From an uncultured Acidobacteriota bacterium (GTDB lineage: Bacteria > Acidobacteriota > Vicinamibacteria > Vicinamibacterales > UBA2999): a stretch of DNA of 64,000 bases. Position numbers and translations under genes: made by a program. Positions within the stretch are counted from its first letter, which is position 1; each line of letters starts with the position of its first letter. The stretch spans positions 133,932 through 197,931 of the forward strand of contig CAVWST010000041.1 in NCBI GenBank assembly GCA_963757735.1. The letters are read 5' to 3'. A model generated the notes under the pieces. That model was given only the letters and a program-made list of their open reading frames with translations, was not told where the DNA came from and made no database searches. Below are positions 19,235 to 28,952 of the stretch, piece after piece.

Positions 19235-21343
19235 TCAAGCCAATCCGAGCGCAGTGATGACGACGTCGATCGCCTTGATGCCCGCGAACGGGACGACGAT
19301 GCCGCCCACGCCGTAGATCAGCAGGTTGCTTCGCAGAAGTGCAGCCGCGCCAACCGGCCGATAGCGGATACCGCGCAGCGCCAGCGGCACGAGTGCAATG
19401 ATGATGACGGCGTTGAAGATCACGGCGGACAGAATCGCCGACTCCGGTGTCTTCAGCCCCATGACGTTCAGCGCGCTAAGCACAGGGAACGCCGCGAGGA
19501 ACATCGCCGGGACGATCGCGAAGTACTTCGCCACATCGTTCGCGATAGAGAACGTGGTCAGCGCCCCACGCGTAATCAGCAACTGCTTGCCGATCTCCAC
19601 AATCTCGATCAGCTTGGTCGGGTTCGAGTCGAGATCGACCATGTTGCCTGCTTCCTTCGCCGCCTGCGTACCGGTGTTCATGGCAACGCCAACGTCTGCC
19701 TGAGCGAGCGCTGGCGCGTCGTTCGTTCCGTCACCGGTCATCGCAACCAGCTTGCCGTCGGCCTGCTCGCGTTTGATGAGCGCCATCTTGTCTTCGGGTG
19801 TCGCCTGTGCAAGGAAGTCGTCGACGCCAGCCTCGGACGCGATCGCCGCGGCAGTGAGCGGGTTGTCGCCCGTGATCATCACGGTCTTGATCCCCATCGC
19901 GCGCAGATGCGCGAAGCGCTCTCGGATGCCACCCTTGACGACGTCCTTCAGCTGGATGACGCCAAGGATCTGACGTCCGTCCGCCACGACGAGCGGTGTG
20001 CCGCCGGCTCGGGAGATCCGCTGAACGATGCTCGGAAGTGCGCCCGGGATCGGCCCGCCTTTTGAAATGACCCACTTCTCGATGGCGTCTGCGGCGCCCT
20101 TGCGGATCTCGCGCACGTCCGAGGCGAGCACCGCCGACCTGCTGCCGCCTGCAGCCACCATCGCTGGACGGGAGACGAGCATGTCGACACCGGACATCCG
20201 CGTCTGCGCGGTGAAGGGCACGAACGTCGCCTGGAGCTCGGACAGGTCGCGACCGCGAAGGTTGTACCTCTCCTTGGCAAAGACCACGATCGAGCGCCCT
20301 TCTGGGGTCTCGTCGGGTAGCGACGCCAACTGCGCCGCATCGGCCAGCGTCATGTCGCTGACGCCCGGAATAGGCACGAACTCCGTTGCCTGGCGATTGC
20401 CGAGGGTGATCGTGCCGGTCTTATCCAGGAGCAGCGTGTGGACGTCGCCGGCAGCTTCAACCGCACGCCCAGACAACGCGAGCACGTTGTGACGAACCAG
20501 ACGATCCATGCCTGCGATACCGATCGCAGAAAGCAACCCGCCAATCGTCGTGGGAATCAGGCACACCAGCATGGAGATCAGGACGAAGAGCGACTGCGGT
20601 GAGCCGGAGTAGATCGCAAACGGTTGAAGCGTGACCACGGCAATCAGAAAGACAAGGGTCAGCCCGACGAGCAGGATGTTCAGCGCGATCTCGTTCGGCG
20701 TCTTCTGGCGCTCGGCGCCTTCGACGAGCGCGATCATCCGATCGAGAAAGGTCTCGCCAGGATTCGCCGTCACCTTCACGCGAATCCAGTCCGATAGTAC
20801 GCGCGTGCCCCCGGTCACTGCCGATCGGTCGCCGCCCGACTCGCGAATCACCGGCGCCGACTCTCCAGTAATCGCGCTCTCATCAACCGAGGCGACGCCG
20901 TCGATGATCTCGCCATCGGCAGGAATCACTTCGCCCGCCGACACGCGGACGACATCATTTTTGCGCAGTGTGGGCGCCGCCACGGTCTCGTAGCTGCCAT
21001 CCGGGCGTTCTCGCTTCGCTGGTGTTTCCGTCTTCGCCTTTCGAAGTGTGTCTGCCTGCGCCTTGCCGCGCCCTTCGGCCATTGCCTCCGCGAAGTTCGC
21101 GAATAGCACCGTCAGCCACAGCCAGAATGTGATCTGGAGCTCGAATCCAAGGCCCGGCCGTGCGGTCATCGCGTCCTGGATGAGTCGCCACGTCGTCAGC
21201 ACACTGCCCACTTCCACGACCAACATGACCGGGTTTCTAACCATCGTCCGCGGATGCAGCTTTCTGAACGAGTCGCCGATCGCCCGGCGGACGATCTGCG
21301 GATCCCACATGGAGAGCGCACTTGCCGATGTGTGCGTCGTCAT
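19235..21343 (-). CDS. kdpB: K+-transporting P-type ATPase subunit B
   Basis: Internal ATG at 21343 ([31 protein letters not shown]..) within track ORF 19235..21601. It has the P-type motif [13 protein letters not shown] and [16 protein letters not shown]. The ATG overlaps the kdpA stop. Confidence 0.95.
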   Translation of the reverse strand: MTTHTSASALSMWDPQIVRRAIGDSFRKLHPRTMVRNPVMLVVEVGSVLTTWRLIQDAMTARPGLGFELQITFWLWLTVLFANFAEAMAEGRGKAQADTLRKAKTETPAKRERPDGSYETVAAPTLRKNDVVRVSAGEVIPADGEIIDGVASVDESAITGESAPVIRESGGDRSAVTGGTRVLSDWIRVKVTANPGETFLDRMIALVEGAERQKTPNEIALNILLVGLTLVFLIAVVTLQPFAIYSGSPQSLFVLISMLVCLIPTTIGGLLSAIGIAGMDRLVRHNVLALSGRAVEAAGDVHTLLLDKTGTITLGNRQATEFVPIPGVSDMTLADAAQLASLPDETPEGRSIVVFAKERYNLRGRDLSELQATFVPFTAQTRMSGVDMLVSRPAMVAAGGSRSAVLASDVREIRKGAADAIEKWVISKGGPIPGALPSIVQRISRAGGTPLVVADGRQILGVIQLKDVVKGGIRERFAHLRAMGIKTVMITGDNPLTAAAIASEAGVDDFLAQATPEDKMALIKREQADGKLVAMTGDGTNDAPALAQADVGVAMNTGTQAAKEAGNMVDLDSNPTKLIEIVEIGKQLLITRGALTTFSIANDVAKYFAIVPAMFLAAFPVLSALNVMGLKTPESAILSAVIFNAVIIIALVPLALRGIRYRPVGAAALLRSNLLIYGVGGIVVPFAGIKAIDVVITALGLA

Positions 21344-23074
21344 CAGAAGACCTGTCCGTTGTTCAGCAGGAAGTGTTCGACGATGGGCCCGAGGCTGAGG
21401 ACCGGGAAAAACGTCAGCGCGCCAACGATCACGATCACGCCGACGAGCAAGACCGAGAAGAGCGGCGTGGTGACGGGGAACGTGCCGAGCGACGGAGGAA
21501 TCAGCTTCTTGCGACTGAGGCTGCCGGCGATTGCCAGCGGCGGAATAATCATGAAGAAGCGGCCGAAGAGCATCACCAGACCGAGCGTCGTGTTGTACCA
21601 CTTGGTGTTGACGCTGATGCCGCCGAATGCGGACCCGTTATTGGCCGCCGCGGACGAATAGGCGTAGAGCATTTCGGACAGGCCGTGCGGGCCTGGGTTG
21701 AAGATGCTCGATGTGCCGAAATCGGGCGAGACCGACGAGATCGCGGTGAAGGTCAGGATCAGGAACGAGAAGATCGAGCACGGTCAGCATCGCCATCTGC
21801 ACTTCGAACGCCTGGATCTTCTTGCCGAGGTACTCCGGGGTTCGTCCCACCATCAGGCCCGCGATGAAGACGGACAGAATGATGTAAACGAGCACACCGT
21901 ACATTCCAGCGCCGACACCGCCGAACACGACCTCGCTCAACTGGATGTTCGCCAGAGGCACCAGACCACCCAACGGCGTGAACGAGTCGTGCCAGCCGTT
22001 GACCGCGCCGCAACTCGCAGCGGTCGTGGCCGTCGCGAAGAGCGCGGTGTTCGCGATGCCGAAGCGAACCTCCTTACCCTCCATGTTTCCGCCCGGTGCT
22101 GCGTCGGTCGCCAACTGATTCGCGCCCGCACTCGTGAGCAGCGGATTACCGCGCGCCTCGGCCCAGTACGTGGCCGTCACGCCACAGAGGAAGAGAAACG
22201 CCATCGCTGACCACACTGCCCACCCGTGACGACGCGAACCGGTCATCGAGCCGAGCGTGTAGGTCAGAGCTGACGAGATGGCCAGGATGCCGAACATCGC
22301 GAAGAAGTTCGAGAGCGGTGTCGGGTTCTCGAAGGGATGCGCGCTGTTGGCATTGAAGAAGCCGCCCCCGTTGGTGCCGAACTGCTTGATGACTTCCTGC
22401 GACGCAACGGGCCCCTGGGCGATGACCTGCTTGGCGCCTTCGACGGTCTGCACCACGTCGTATGGCTTGAGGTTCTGCACCACGCCCTCCGAGACAAGGA
22501 ACAACGCGCCAACGACGGCGATGGGCAACAAGACCCACAGAGTGGCGCGAACCATGTCCACCCAGAAGTTGCCGATGGTGTCCTTCTCCTTCTGGGCGAC
22601 GCCGCGGATGAACGCGATCGCGATCGCGATGCCGACAGCGGCCGACACGAAGTTGTGGTACGCGAGACCAGCCATCTGCGTGAAGTAGCTCATCGTGGAC
22701 TCGCCGCCGTAGGCCTGCCAGTTCGTGTTGGTCGTAAAGGACGCGGCGGTATTGAACGCCAGATCCGGGGTTACGCCCGTGAATCCCTGCGGGTTCAAGG
22801 GCAGCGATGCCTGCATACGCTGCGTCACGTAGAGCACCAGCATCGACACCACGCTGAACAGGAGAACGGCCACGGCGTACTCCGTCCAACGCATCTCGTG
22901 CATTTCGTTGACACCTGTCGTCCGGTAGATCAATCGCTCGAGCGGGCGCATCACAGGATCGAGCCACGTCCGCTGACGTGTGAATACGCGCGCCATGAAG
23001 CTCCCGAGTGGCGGCGTCACGAGAGACACCGCCAGCAGGAAGACGAGAATCTGAAGCCAGCCGTTGAGAGTCAT
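21343..23074 (-). CDS. kdpA: K+-transporting ATPase subunit A, one frameshift near 21784
   Basis: ORFs 21638..23074 and 21343..21672 join through a third frame: ..QMAMLTVL|[50 protein letters not shown]... The span is 1732 nt, i.e. 3n+1. Confidence 0.9.
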
Positions 23075-23075
23075 G

Positions 23076-23150
23076 TCAGTGCTTCATAAGCCGATCGCAG
23101 ACGGCGACGTAACCGATGCCGAGGACGAAGAACAGAATGGTCAGAGCCAA
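23076..23150 (-). CDS. kdpF: Putative KdpF (24 aa, TTG start)
   Basis: My translation is (M)[23 protein letters not shown]. The stop is 1 nt before the kdpA ATG. It is below the size cut-off of the ORF track. No ATG/GTG start is available in frame. Confidence 0.5.
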   Translation of the reverse strand: MALTILFFVLGIGYVAVCDRLMKH

Positions 23151-23190
23151 CGAAGATCACATCGAGCACAAGGCACCTCGAACGCGTGAA

Positions 23191-23331
23191 TCACGCCAGC
23201 ACGCGTGCAATGACGAACATCAGCGCGAACAGCGCGCTGACGATCCAGCCGGCGACGTGCCATGGCCACACCGGAGCATTGAGATACGGCCCGTACAGCT
23301 CGGGGGTCGTGAGCGTGTGTTGTTCGTTCAT
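23191..23331 (-). CDS. Small (46 aa) single-TM protein at the head of the kdp operon
   Basis: My translation is MNEQHTLTTPELYGPYLNAPVWPWHVAGWIVSALFALMFVIARVLA. A strong SD (GGAGGA) lies 4 nt upstream of the ATG at 23331. Not in the track because it is under 60 aa. Confidence 0.4.
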   Translation of the reverse strand: MNEQHTLTTPELYGPYLNAPVWPWHVAGWIVSALFALMFVIARVLA

Positions 23332-23448
23332 GGGGTCCTCCAGCGGTTTCATCTGGCTTCACGGTAGGCCCGATGCGACTAAAGGAACCGGCAAAAAGCC
23401 GTAAAGAGTTCGTAAGAACAGCATCCCGTTTGGATCTCACGCGTTAGC

Positions 23449-24602
23449 ATGAGAGCGATGCCGGAGAAGAGTCGGCCGAATGGAGAGCAGCTGCTAGCGC
23501 AGCTTCAGGCCGGTACCAGGCACGGCTTCGCATCTACATCGGCGCCGCACCTGGCGTCGGCAAGACCTATTCGATGCTGGAGGACGCGCACGCACTCCGT
23601 CGCGAAGGCGTCGACGTCGTGGTCGGGTTCGTCGAGACGTACGGGCGCGCGGACACCGAGGCCAAGATCGGCGATCTGGAGATCGTGCCTCGTAAGCGCA
23701 TCGAGTACCGCGGTGTGACGCTCGAAGAGATGGATGTCGCCGCGATCATCAGGCGACGGCCGCAGCTCTGCGTCGTTGACGAACTCGCACACACGAACGT
23801 GCCCGGGAGCACACACGAGAAGCGCTACCTCGATGTTCTCGATCTGCTCAGCGCCGGCATCGGTGTGCTCACGGCGGTCAACATTCAGCACCTGGAGACG
23901 CTCAACGATGCTGTTGGGCGCGTGACCGGCGTTCGTGTTCGCGAGACCGTGCCCGACACGTTTCTCGATCACGCGGATGAAGTCGTGAACGTGGATGTCA
24001 CCGTCGAGGAACTCCAGAGCCGGCTGCGGCAGGGCAAGGTCTACAAACCCGAGAAGATCGAACAGGCGCTCGGCAACTTCTTCAAGGAGACCAATCTCTC
24101 GACGCTCCGCGAGCTGGCGCTCCGCGCAGTGGCCGACGAAGTCGGCGAGAAGGCGGCGTCACGTCGGCAGCGCGAAGGTCTCGAGCCGGCGCTGATCCCG
24201 GAGCGGGTGATGGTGTGTATGAGCTCGAGCGCCGATGCGCCGCGCGTGCTGCGGACGGGAGCGCGTATCGCACGCCGGCTGGGAGCCCGCTGGTATGCGG
24301 CCTACGTGGAAACCCCGCGCGAAGCCCCGGGACGCATCACGCCTGCCGACCGCGATGCACTGCAACGCAACATCACGCTGGCCGAGAGCCTCGGTGCGAC
24401 GGTGGTTCGCGTGAAAGCCGATCGCCCGGCCGACGGGTTGATCGAGTTCGCCAAGCGGGAAGGCATCACCCATGTGATCTTCGGACAGACGGCTCGCAGC
24501 CGGTGGGAAATCCTCCTGAAAGGGTCGACGCTCAATCGCTTCCTCGAAGAAGTACGGGACGCAGCGATCCAGGTAGTCCCCCTCGGCGACGCATCCGGAT
24601 AA
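23449..24602 (+). CDS. kdpD: KdpD N-terminal sensor module (KdpD P-loop domain + Usp domain) as a separate gene; one frameshift near 23516
   Basis: ORF 23449..23718 (MRAMPEKSRPNGEQLLAQLQAGT..) must shift into the frame of 23574..24602. Extended upstream, that frame reads ARLRIYIGAAPGVGKTYSMLEDAHALRREGVDVVVGFVETYGRADTE.., but it has a stop at 23445-23447 and no start codon before 23574. The Usp-like C-terminus is ..RVMVCMSSSADAPRVL.. Confidence 0.85.
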
Positions 24603-24673
24603 CGCTTTCGCGTTTTGTTCAAGGCCTCTCTCGGCGGCGTTATATCCAGATAGAGATTGAGAGAGGCTCCCCC

Positions 24674-26755
24674 ATGTCTGACATCCTTCAGCTCGCGATC
24701 ATCGAGCTGGTGAAGGTACTCGGTGCCCCGCGCGGCAGACGCCGCCGTCGAGCAACTCAAAATGTTGCGGACCCAGCTCGACCTTCAGAAGGAAGAGTCG
24801 GATGGACAATCCTTCCCGACGGCTGCTCTCCTCGGGCTCGGTCAGTGCGGGACCAACGTCTGCCTCGCCGTCGCCGAGCAACTTCGGCGGGCGCGCGACA
24901 AGAAGGCCGAAACCAAGCCGGGCAGTGTCTTCAGCGCGATGGGAGAGCAGTGGCAGCGATGGACCGGCACCGATCAGGACAAAGCCCTCTACCTGTTCGA
25001 GCCCGTAATTCTCCTTGCGGACCTCGATCAGGGACAGGTGCAAAGCGTCACGCGATCGAAGCGCCTCTCGAACTATCCGCGCTGTCTCTGGGTCGATCTC
25101 GACTGGCTCCTCCGTGGCGGCGCGGGTAACGTGCCACAGGCCGCCCAGTACACTGACGCGCGTCGCGCTCAAAGTTCCTTACGAATCCTTGCAGGACATC
25201 GACTCGCAGCCGTTCACGTCGTGGAAGACGACGCGCTCGTTCTTCGTCGATTCAGCGGGCGCGAAAGAGAACCAGACGCGACTCACGTTCTTCCTGTTCA
25301 GCACGGGCGGCGGAACCGGGTCCGGCATGAGCATCGAGGTTGGAACGGCGCAGGGCTTCCTCACACACAAGCGTCAGAAGGAATTGACGAAGGCGCCATC
25401 CGGAAATCCTAGCGCGTCCCTGCTCGCGAAGACTGGCCCACTCGAAGCGTGCTGTTCCATCGGGCTCGGGATCATGCCTGGTCGCACGCAGCAGATCGAC
25501 GCGCAGGCGCTCAACACAGGCCGTGTGCTCTGCAACTACCTCGCGCGATTCGGGCGGTTCGCCAGCGTGTTCAATCGAAAGGAGCTCAGCGAAACGACCT
25601 GGCCGCCATTCGACGCGCTGCTGCTCGTCTCCAATGAGGTGGTCGGATTCCTTCAGAGCGAATCGTCCCTGACTCCCTCACAGGAGGATGCCGAACGCGC
25701 CGCCAACCAATACATCGCGCAGCAGATCTTCGGCGTGCTGATGGCGCAGTCGCTGCCTGAAGATTTCGAGGATCACCAGGAGTGGAACCTCGGCTCTCCT
25801 GACGGCGACAAGCGGATCGCCAAGGCCCCGGCGGTCGAACACACTCCGATGATGGTGGACATGACGGAGTTCCGGAGGCTCGACCCGGCAGATCTGAAGA
25901 ACAGCCTCAGCGGAATCAGCGTCGTGGCGCATGCGCAGTGCGCCGTCAACGGCGAGGCGTCAGAGGTGGACTTCGACGAGTTACTCTATCGCGCGCTCTC
26001 ATTGCCACGCGGTTCGCACCAGGGCGACTGGATCGAAGGCATCTCCGTCTGTCCGCTCGCGACGAAGCAGGCGTACCGAGGAAGTCATCGCGCGCTGCTC
26101 GTCAGACAAAGCCGTGGGCCGGCGAGTGCTCGCGGCGTTGCCGCTGTTTCAACGCGCCCGCAGCGCCGTGACGATCCTCTCCGCCCCCGAAGGCTGGATC
26201 ATGCAGCGGCGCAACGTCGAGGCTGTGAAGAAGGCGATCGAAGAACTGCTCCCGAACGCTTCACCTCGCAGGCTCGCGCTCCTCCGCGGGACGACGAAGA
26301 ACGTGACCCTCAGCCTGTTCATCTGCCAGAGCGGCATCCTTGCCGGCGAGACGCTGGCCCACTTCATCGGATATTTGCAGAACGCCTTCTGCAAATCCGG
26401 CGTGGACATCAACGCGTTCCGGCGCGACGTGTTCGCCTTCGTCATGAACGACCTCGGCGCCGAAACGGCTGAGGTGTTCACGCGAATCTCCAACAGCCTG
26501 CTCGACATCGAATCGCCACGGTTCGTCGTCGTGGGCGGCGACGGCCGGATGGCCGCGCGCAGCACCGAGCTCGAAGGGTGGGGTCAGACCCTCCTGGGCA
26601 GCCGGCTCGAACTCGAGTCGGTCTTTCTGACCAAGAGCGACTGCCTCGATGCGCTCGATGCGGCGCGGATGTGCGCGCGCTATGCCGGCCCGAGCGAGGT
26701 GAACCTGTCCGAGATCGACGAGATTCTGCTCCGTGGAACTGGCGCCAGCTTATAG
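24674..26755 (+). CDS. Divergent tubulin/FtsZ-superfamily GTPase (~690 aa) needing three +1 frame changes as assembled
   Basis: ATG 24674 follows a GAGAGAGG SD-like sequence. The frame path is 24674(f2) -> 24723..25412(f0) -> 25015..26472(f1) -> 25931..26755(f2). Motifs: GLGQCGTN 24834-24857, GGAGN 25116-25130, GGGTGSGM 25306-25329, LLLVSNEVV 25618-25644, MVDMTEF 25852-25872. See findings. Confidence 0.75.
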
Positions 26756-26762
26756 TTCTTAC

Positions 26763-27269
26763 GTGCGCTCGCCCCGAGTGCCTGGCTCCGTACGTTTCTA
26801 TGTCGCGTTCTCAGCGATCGTCCTGGTCCTGGTGGCGTTCGAGGCCTTCCTCACATCGCTGCCGTTTGCCGACGCGATTCCCGACTACGCCGAGCAGCTG
26901 CAGCAGCGGCAGCTCGACTCCTATTTCGAAATGATTCAGCTGCTTATCACACTCGCGACTGTGACCATCGGCGGAATCACCGGCTATGTCATCAATCGCG
27001 ACAACACGAAGGGGCTGTCGAGTCCGCAGCTTCGTCGCGTCGTCGCCAGTTGGGCGATGTGTGCCGCGTCGCTGTACTTCGGGTATCTCGCGTATCAGCA
27101 GGCCGTCTGGATGTTGAACAACGGCTTCTTCAATCCCGCGAACCCGCGCATCTGGATTCCCACACGCGCCCAATTCTGGAGCTTCCTCGCCTCCGTCGTC
27201 GTCTTCGCCGACTTCGTCTACATGAGCCTGCAGGTCACTGACGCGCGTCACGCACGAAAGTCGTCATGA
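26763..27269 (+). CDS. Four-TM membrane protein, operon partner of the tubulin-like gene
   Basis: Track ORF 26733..27269. GTG 26733 overlaps the upstream gene by 23 nt, and GTG 26763 lies 7 nt after its stop. Hydrophobic segments: FYVAFSAIVLVLVAFEAFLTSL, MIQLLITLATVTIGGITGYVI, VVASWAMCAASLYFGYLAY, FWSFLASVVVFADFVYMSL. Confidence 0.65.
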   Translation: MRSPRVPGSVRFYVAFSAIVLVLVAFEAFLTSLPFADAIPDYAEQLQQRQLDSYFEMIQLLITLATVTIGGITGYVINRDNTKGLSSPQLRRVVASWAMCAASLYFGYLAYQQAVWMLNNGFFNPANPRIWIPTRAQFWSFLASVVVFADFVYMSLQVTDARHARKSS

Positions 27270-28813
27270 AACTCTCAGCCGCCGCCGCCTGTATCACGTT
27301 CGCGCTGTTCGTTCTCTCCTCCGATCGTGTGCGTGCCCAATCCGACGGCGGCGACGTCCAGGTCAGCGGTGGGATCTCCACGGCGTCGTTCACCACACCG
27401 GAGGGCAAGATTCAGGTGCACGTCTCCGCCGATGCGGCGCCGGGCGACACGATCTCCGGCGTCGTGCTGGCGGAGCCCGCGGGCAAGACCCCGCAGGAGC
27501 AACAGGCGAATCTGGGAACGCTGACCGGCCTCGTGGTGGAGCTCGAGGGTCAGCAGACGAAGGTGGCCTCGAAGCAATACGAATGGACCGTGCCTGCCGC
27601 ACTACGTGTCGGCCGAGCGATTCTCAGGCTGCGGCGCCCCGATGGTCGCATGGTCTCGCAGGTGCCATTGCCAATCGATCCGCAGCCTCCCCTTCCGCGC
27701 GGCCCTGGACAGACCGGTGTCGCATTGCCATCCGATGTCCAGATTGGCCGGCCCGTCACGATCCGTGGCCGCTTCGACGGCTCGCTGCGCGGCAAGAGCG
27801 TCGACGTCGGAGGCAGTCGCGCCGAACTGCTCGCCGCATCGCCACGACAGGTTGTCTTCCGCACCTCGCAGACCATGTTTGGCGAAGTACCGATTCGCTT
27901 CACAGACAACGGACAGCCTACCGAGGGCATGACCCGCGCGATGGGAGTGCGTTTAACCGCAACGAGCACGCAGCTACAGAAGGGTCAGCGGGCCAACCTC
28001 ACGACAACTGTGACGGGACTTGCTGGCATCACCGAACCGGCGACGCTGACCTTTAGAAACCTCTCGCCTACCACCGTCCAGATCGAAGGGGGATCGCCTC
28101 GAATCACGATTGCGCCGCGAGACGTGAAAGGCGACGGCACCTATGTGGACACCCGCCGACTGACCGGCATCCAGGCCGGGGGATTTCAGATCGTCGCGTC
28201 GGTCTCTCGACCCGCGCTTTCGCGATTCAACGTCACACGCACCATTGACACCGTGGTGGACGCGTGGGAGCTTCGCGCGCGCTTCCGGATCGCGCCCGAT
28301 GCACGCCAGCTGATTCAGCGCTCGGTGCTCGAGGCAGGACGTTCGCTCGAAGACTTCCTCAGGCAGCAGGAAATCAGCGGAGCGGATCCGCAAAGCGTCT
28401 TTCAGGCGCTCCTCTCCCATTACTGCTACGACCTGCGTGACAACCGCCTGTCGTCCGCCCGGCCCACCGCCACGTTGATGAGGCATCAACCCGTGATGCT
28501 CGCGGCAATGAGGCAGCAGCCTGCCCCCCTGGCGGAAGTGACAACCAACGACGTACGTCGCTGGTCGTTCACGCAGTTCCTGTCGGATCTGATCGCCCGG
28601 GCGACGTCGCAGTCGATCGGCTACCTGTTCGTCACTTCCACACCCGAGCGCGCTGGCATCACCATCGACGGCCAGCGGAAGAGCGAGCTGACCAATCGTC
28701 GTTTCGTCACCACCGTCGGCACTCACGAGGTGCAAGTCGCGCGCACGTCGAAGCCCTGCCGTGTGAGCGTCGCCATCGACGCCCTCCAGACCAGCGTCGT
28801 CACCTGCGAATAG
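27266..28813 (+). CDS. Secreted beta-rich protein with a C-terminal PEGA-like domain, operon partner
   Basis: 515 aa. ATGA start/stop overlap at 27266-27269. Signal peptide MKLSAAAACITFALFVLSSDRVRAQ. Ig/IPT-like segments (..VTIRGRFDG..VVFRTSQ..). C-terminus GYLFVTSTPERAGITIDGQRKSELTNRRFVTTVGTHEVQVAR. Confidence 0.7.
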   Translation: MKLSAAAACITFALFVLSSDRVRAQSDGGDVQVSGGISTASFTTPEGKIQVHVSADAAPGDTISGVVLAEPAGKTPQEQQANLGTLTGLVVELEGQQTKVASKQYEWTVPAALRVGRAILRLRRPDGRMVSQVPLPIDPQPPLPRGPGQTGVALPSDVQIGRPVTIRGRFDGSLRGKSVDVGGSRAELLAASPRQVVFRTSQTMFGEVPIRFTDNGQPTEGMTRAMGVRLTATSTQLQKGQRANLTTTVTGLAGITEPATLTFRNLSPTTVQIEGGSPRITIAPRDVKGDGTYVDTRRLTGIQAGGFQIVASVSRPALSRFNVTRTIDTVVDAWELRARFRIAPDARQLIQRSVLEAGRSLEDFLRQQEISGADPQSVFQALLSHYCYDLRDNRLSSARPTATLMRHQPVMLAAMRQQPAPLAEVTTNDVRRWSFTQFLSDLIARATSQSIGYLFVTSTPERAGITIDGQRKSELTNRRFVTTVGTHEVQVARTSKPCRVSVAIDALQTSVVTCE

Positions 28814-28817
28814 CTTC

Positions 28818-28865
28818 GGGGTCAGACCCCTTCACATACGAAAACCTGTGAAGGGGTCTGACCCC
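28818..28865. repeat. Perfect 19-bp inverted repeat (GGGGTCAGACCCCTTCACA / TGTGAAGGGGTCTGACCCC) with a 10-nt loop; a REP-like pair and probable terminator
   Basis: Read directly. The arms are 28818-28836 and 28847-28865, 5 nt after the stop at 28811-28813. Confidence 0.85.
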
Positions 28866-28952
28866 GGACCGTAGCGTGATCCGCTTGGGTTTTCGCGCGT
28901 TTGGTGGCAGGATCCGCACGCGGCGTCACTCTGTTCATGTAAGGAGGCCAAC

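Noticed and set aside
23116-23440. Track ORFs 23116..23367(+), 23186..23404(+) and 23141..23440(-) in the kdp control region
   Set aside because: They overlap the better-supported small ORF (23191..23331, with SD) and kdpF in other frames, and they lack both a start context and recognisable sequence.
24215-25129. 304-aa plus ORF spanning the kdpD-N 3' end and the tubulin-like gene 5' end
   Set aside because: It is a composite. Only its short segment MSDILQLAIIELVKVLGA (from ATG 24674) looks genuine, and the rest is off-frame relative to kdpD-N and to the GTPase.
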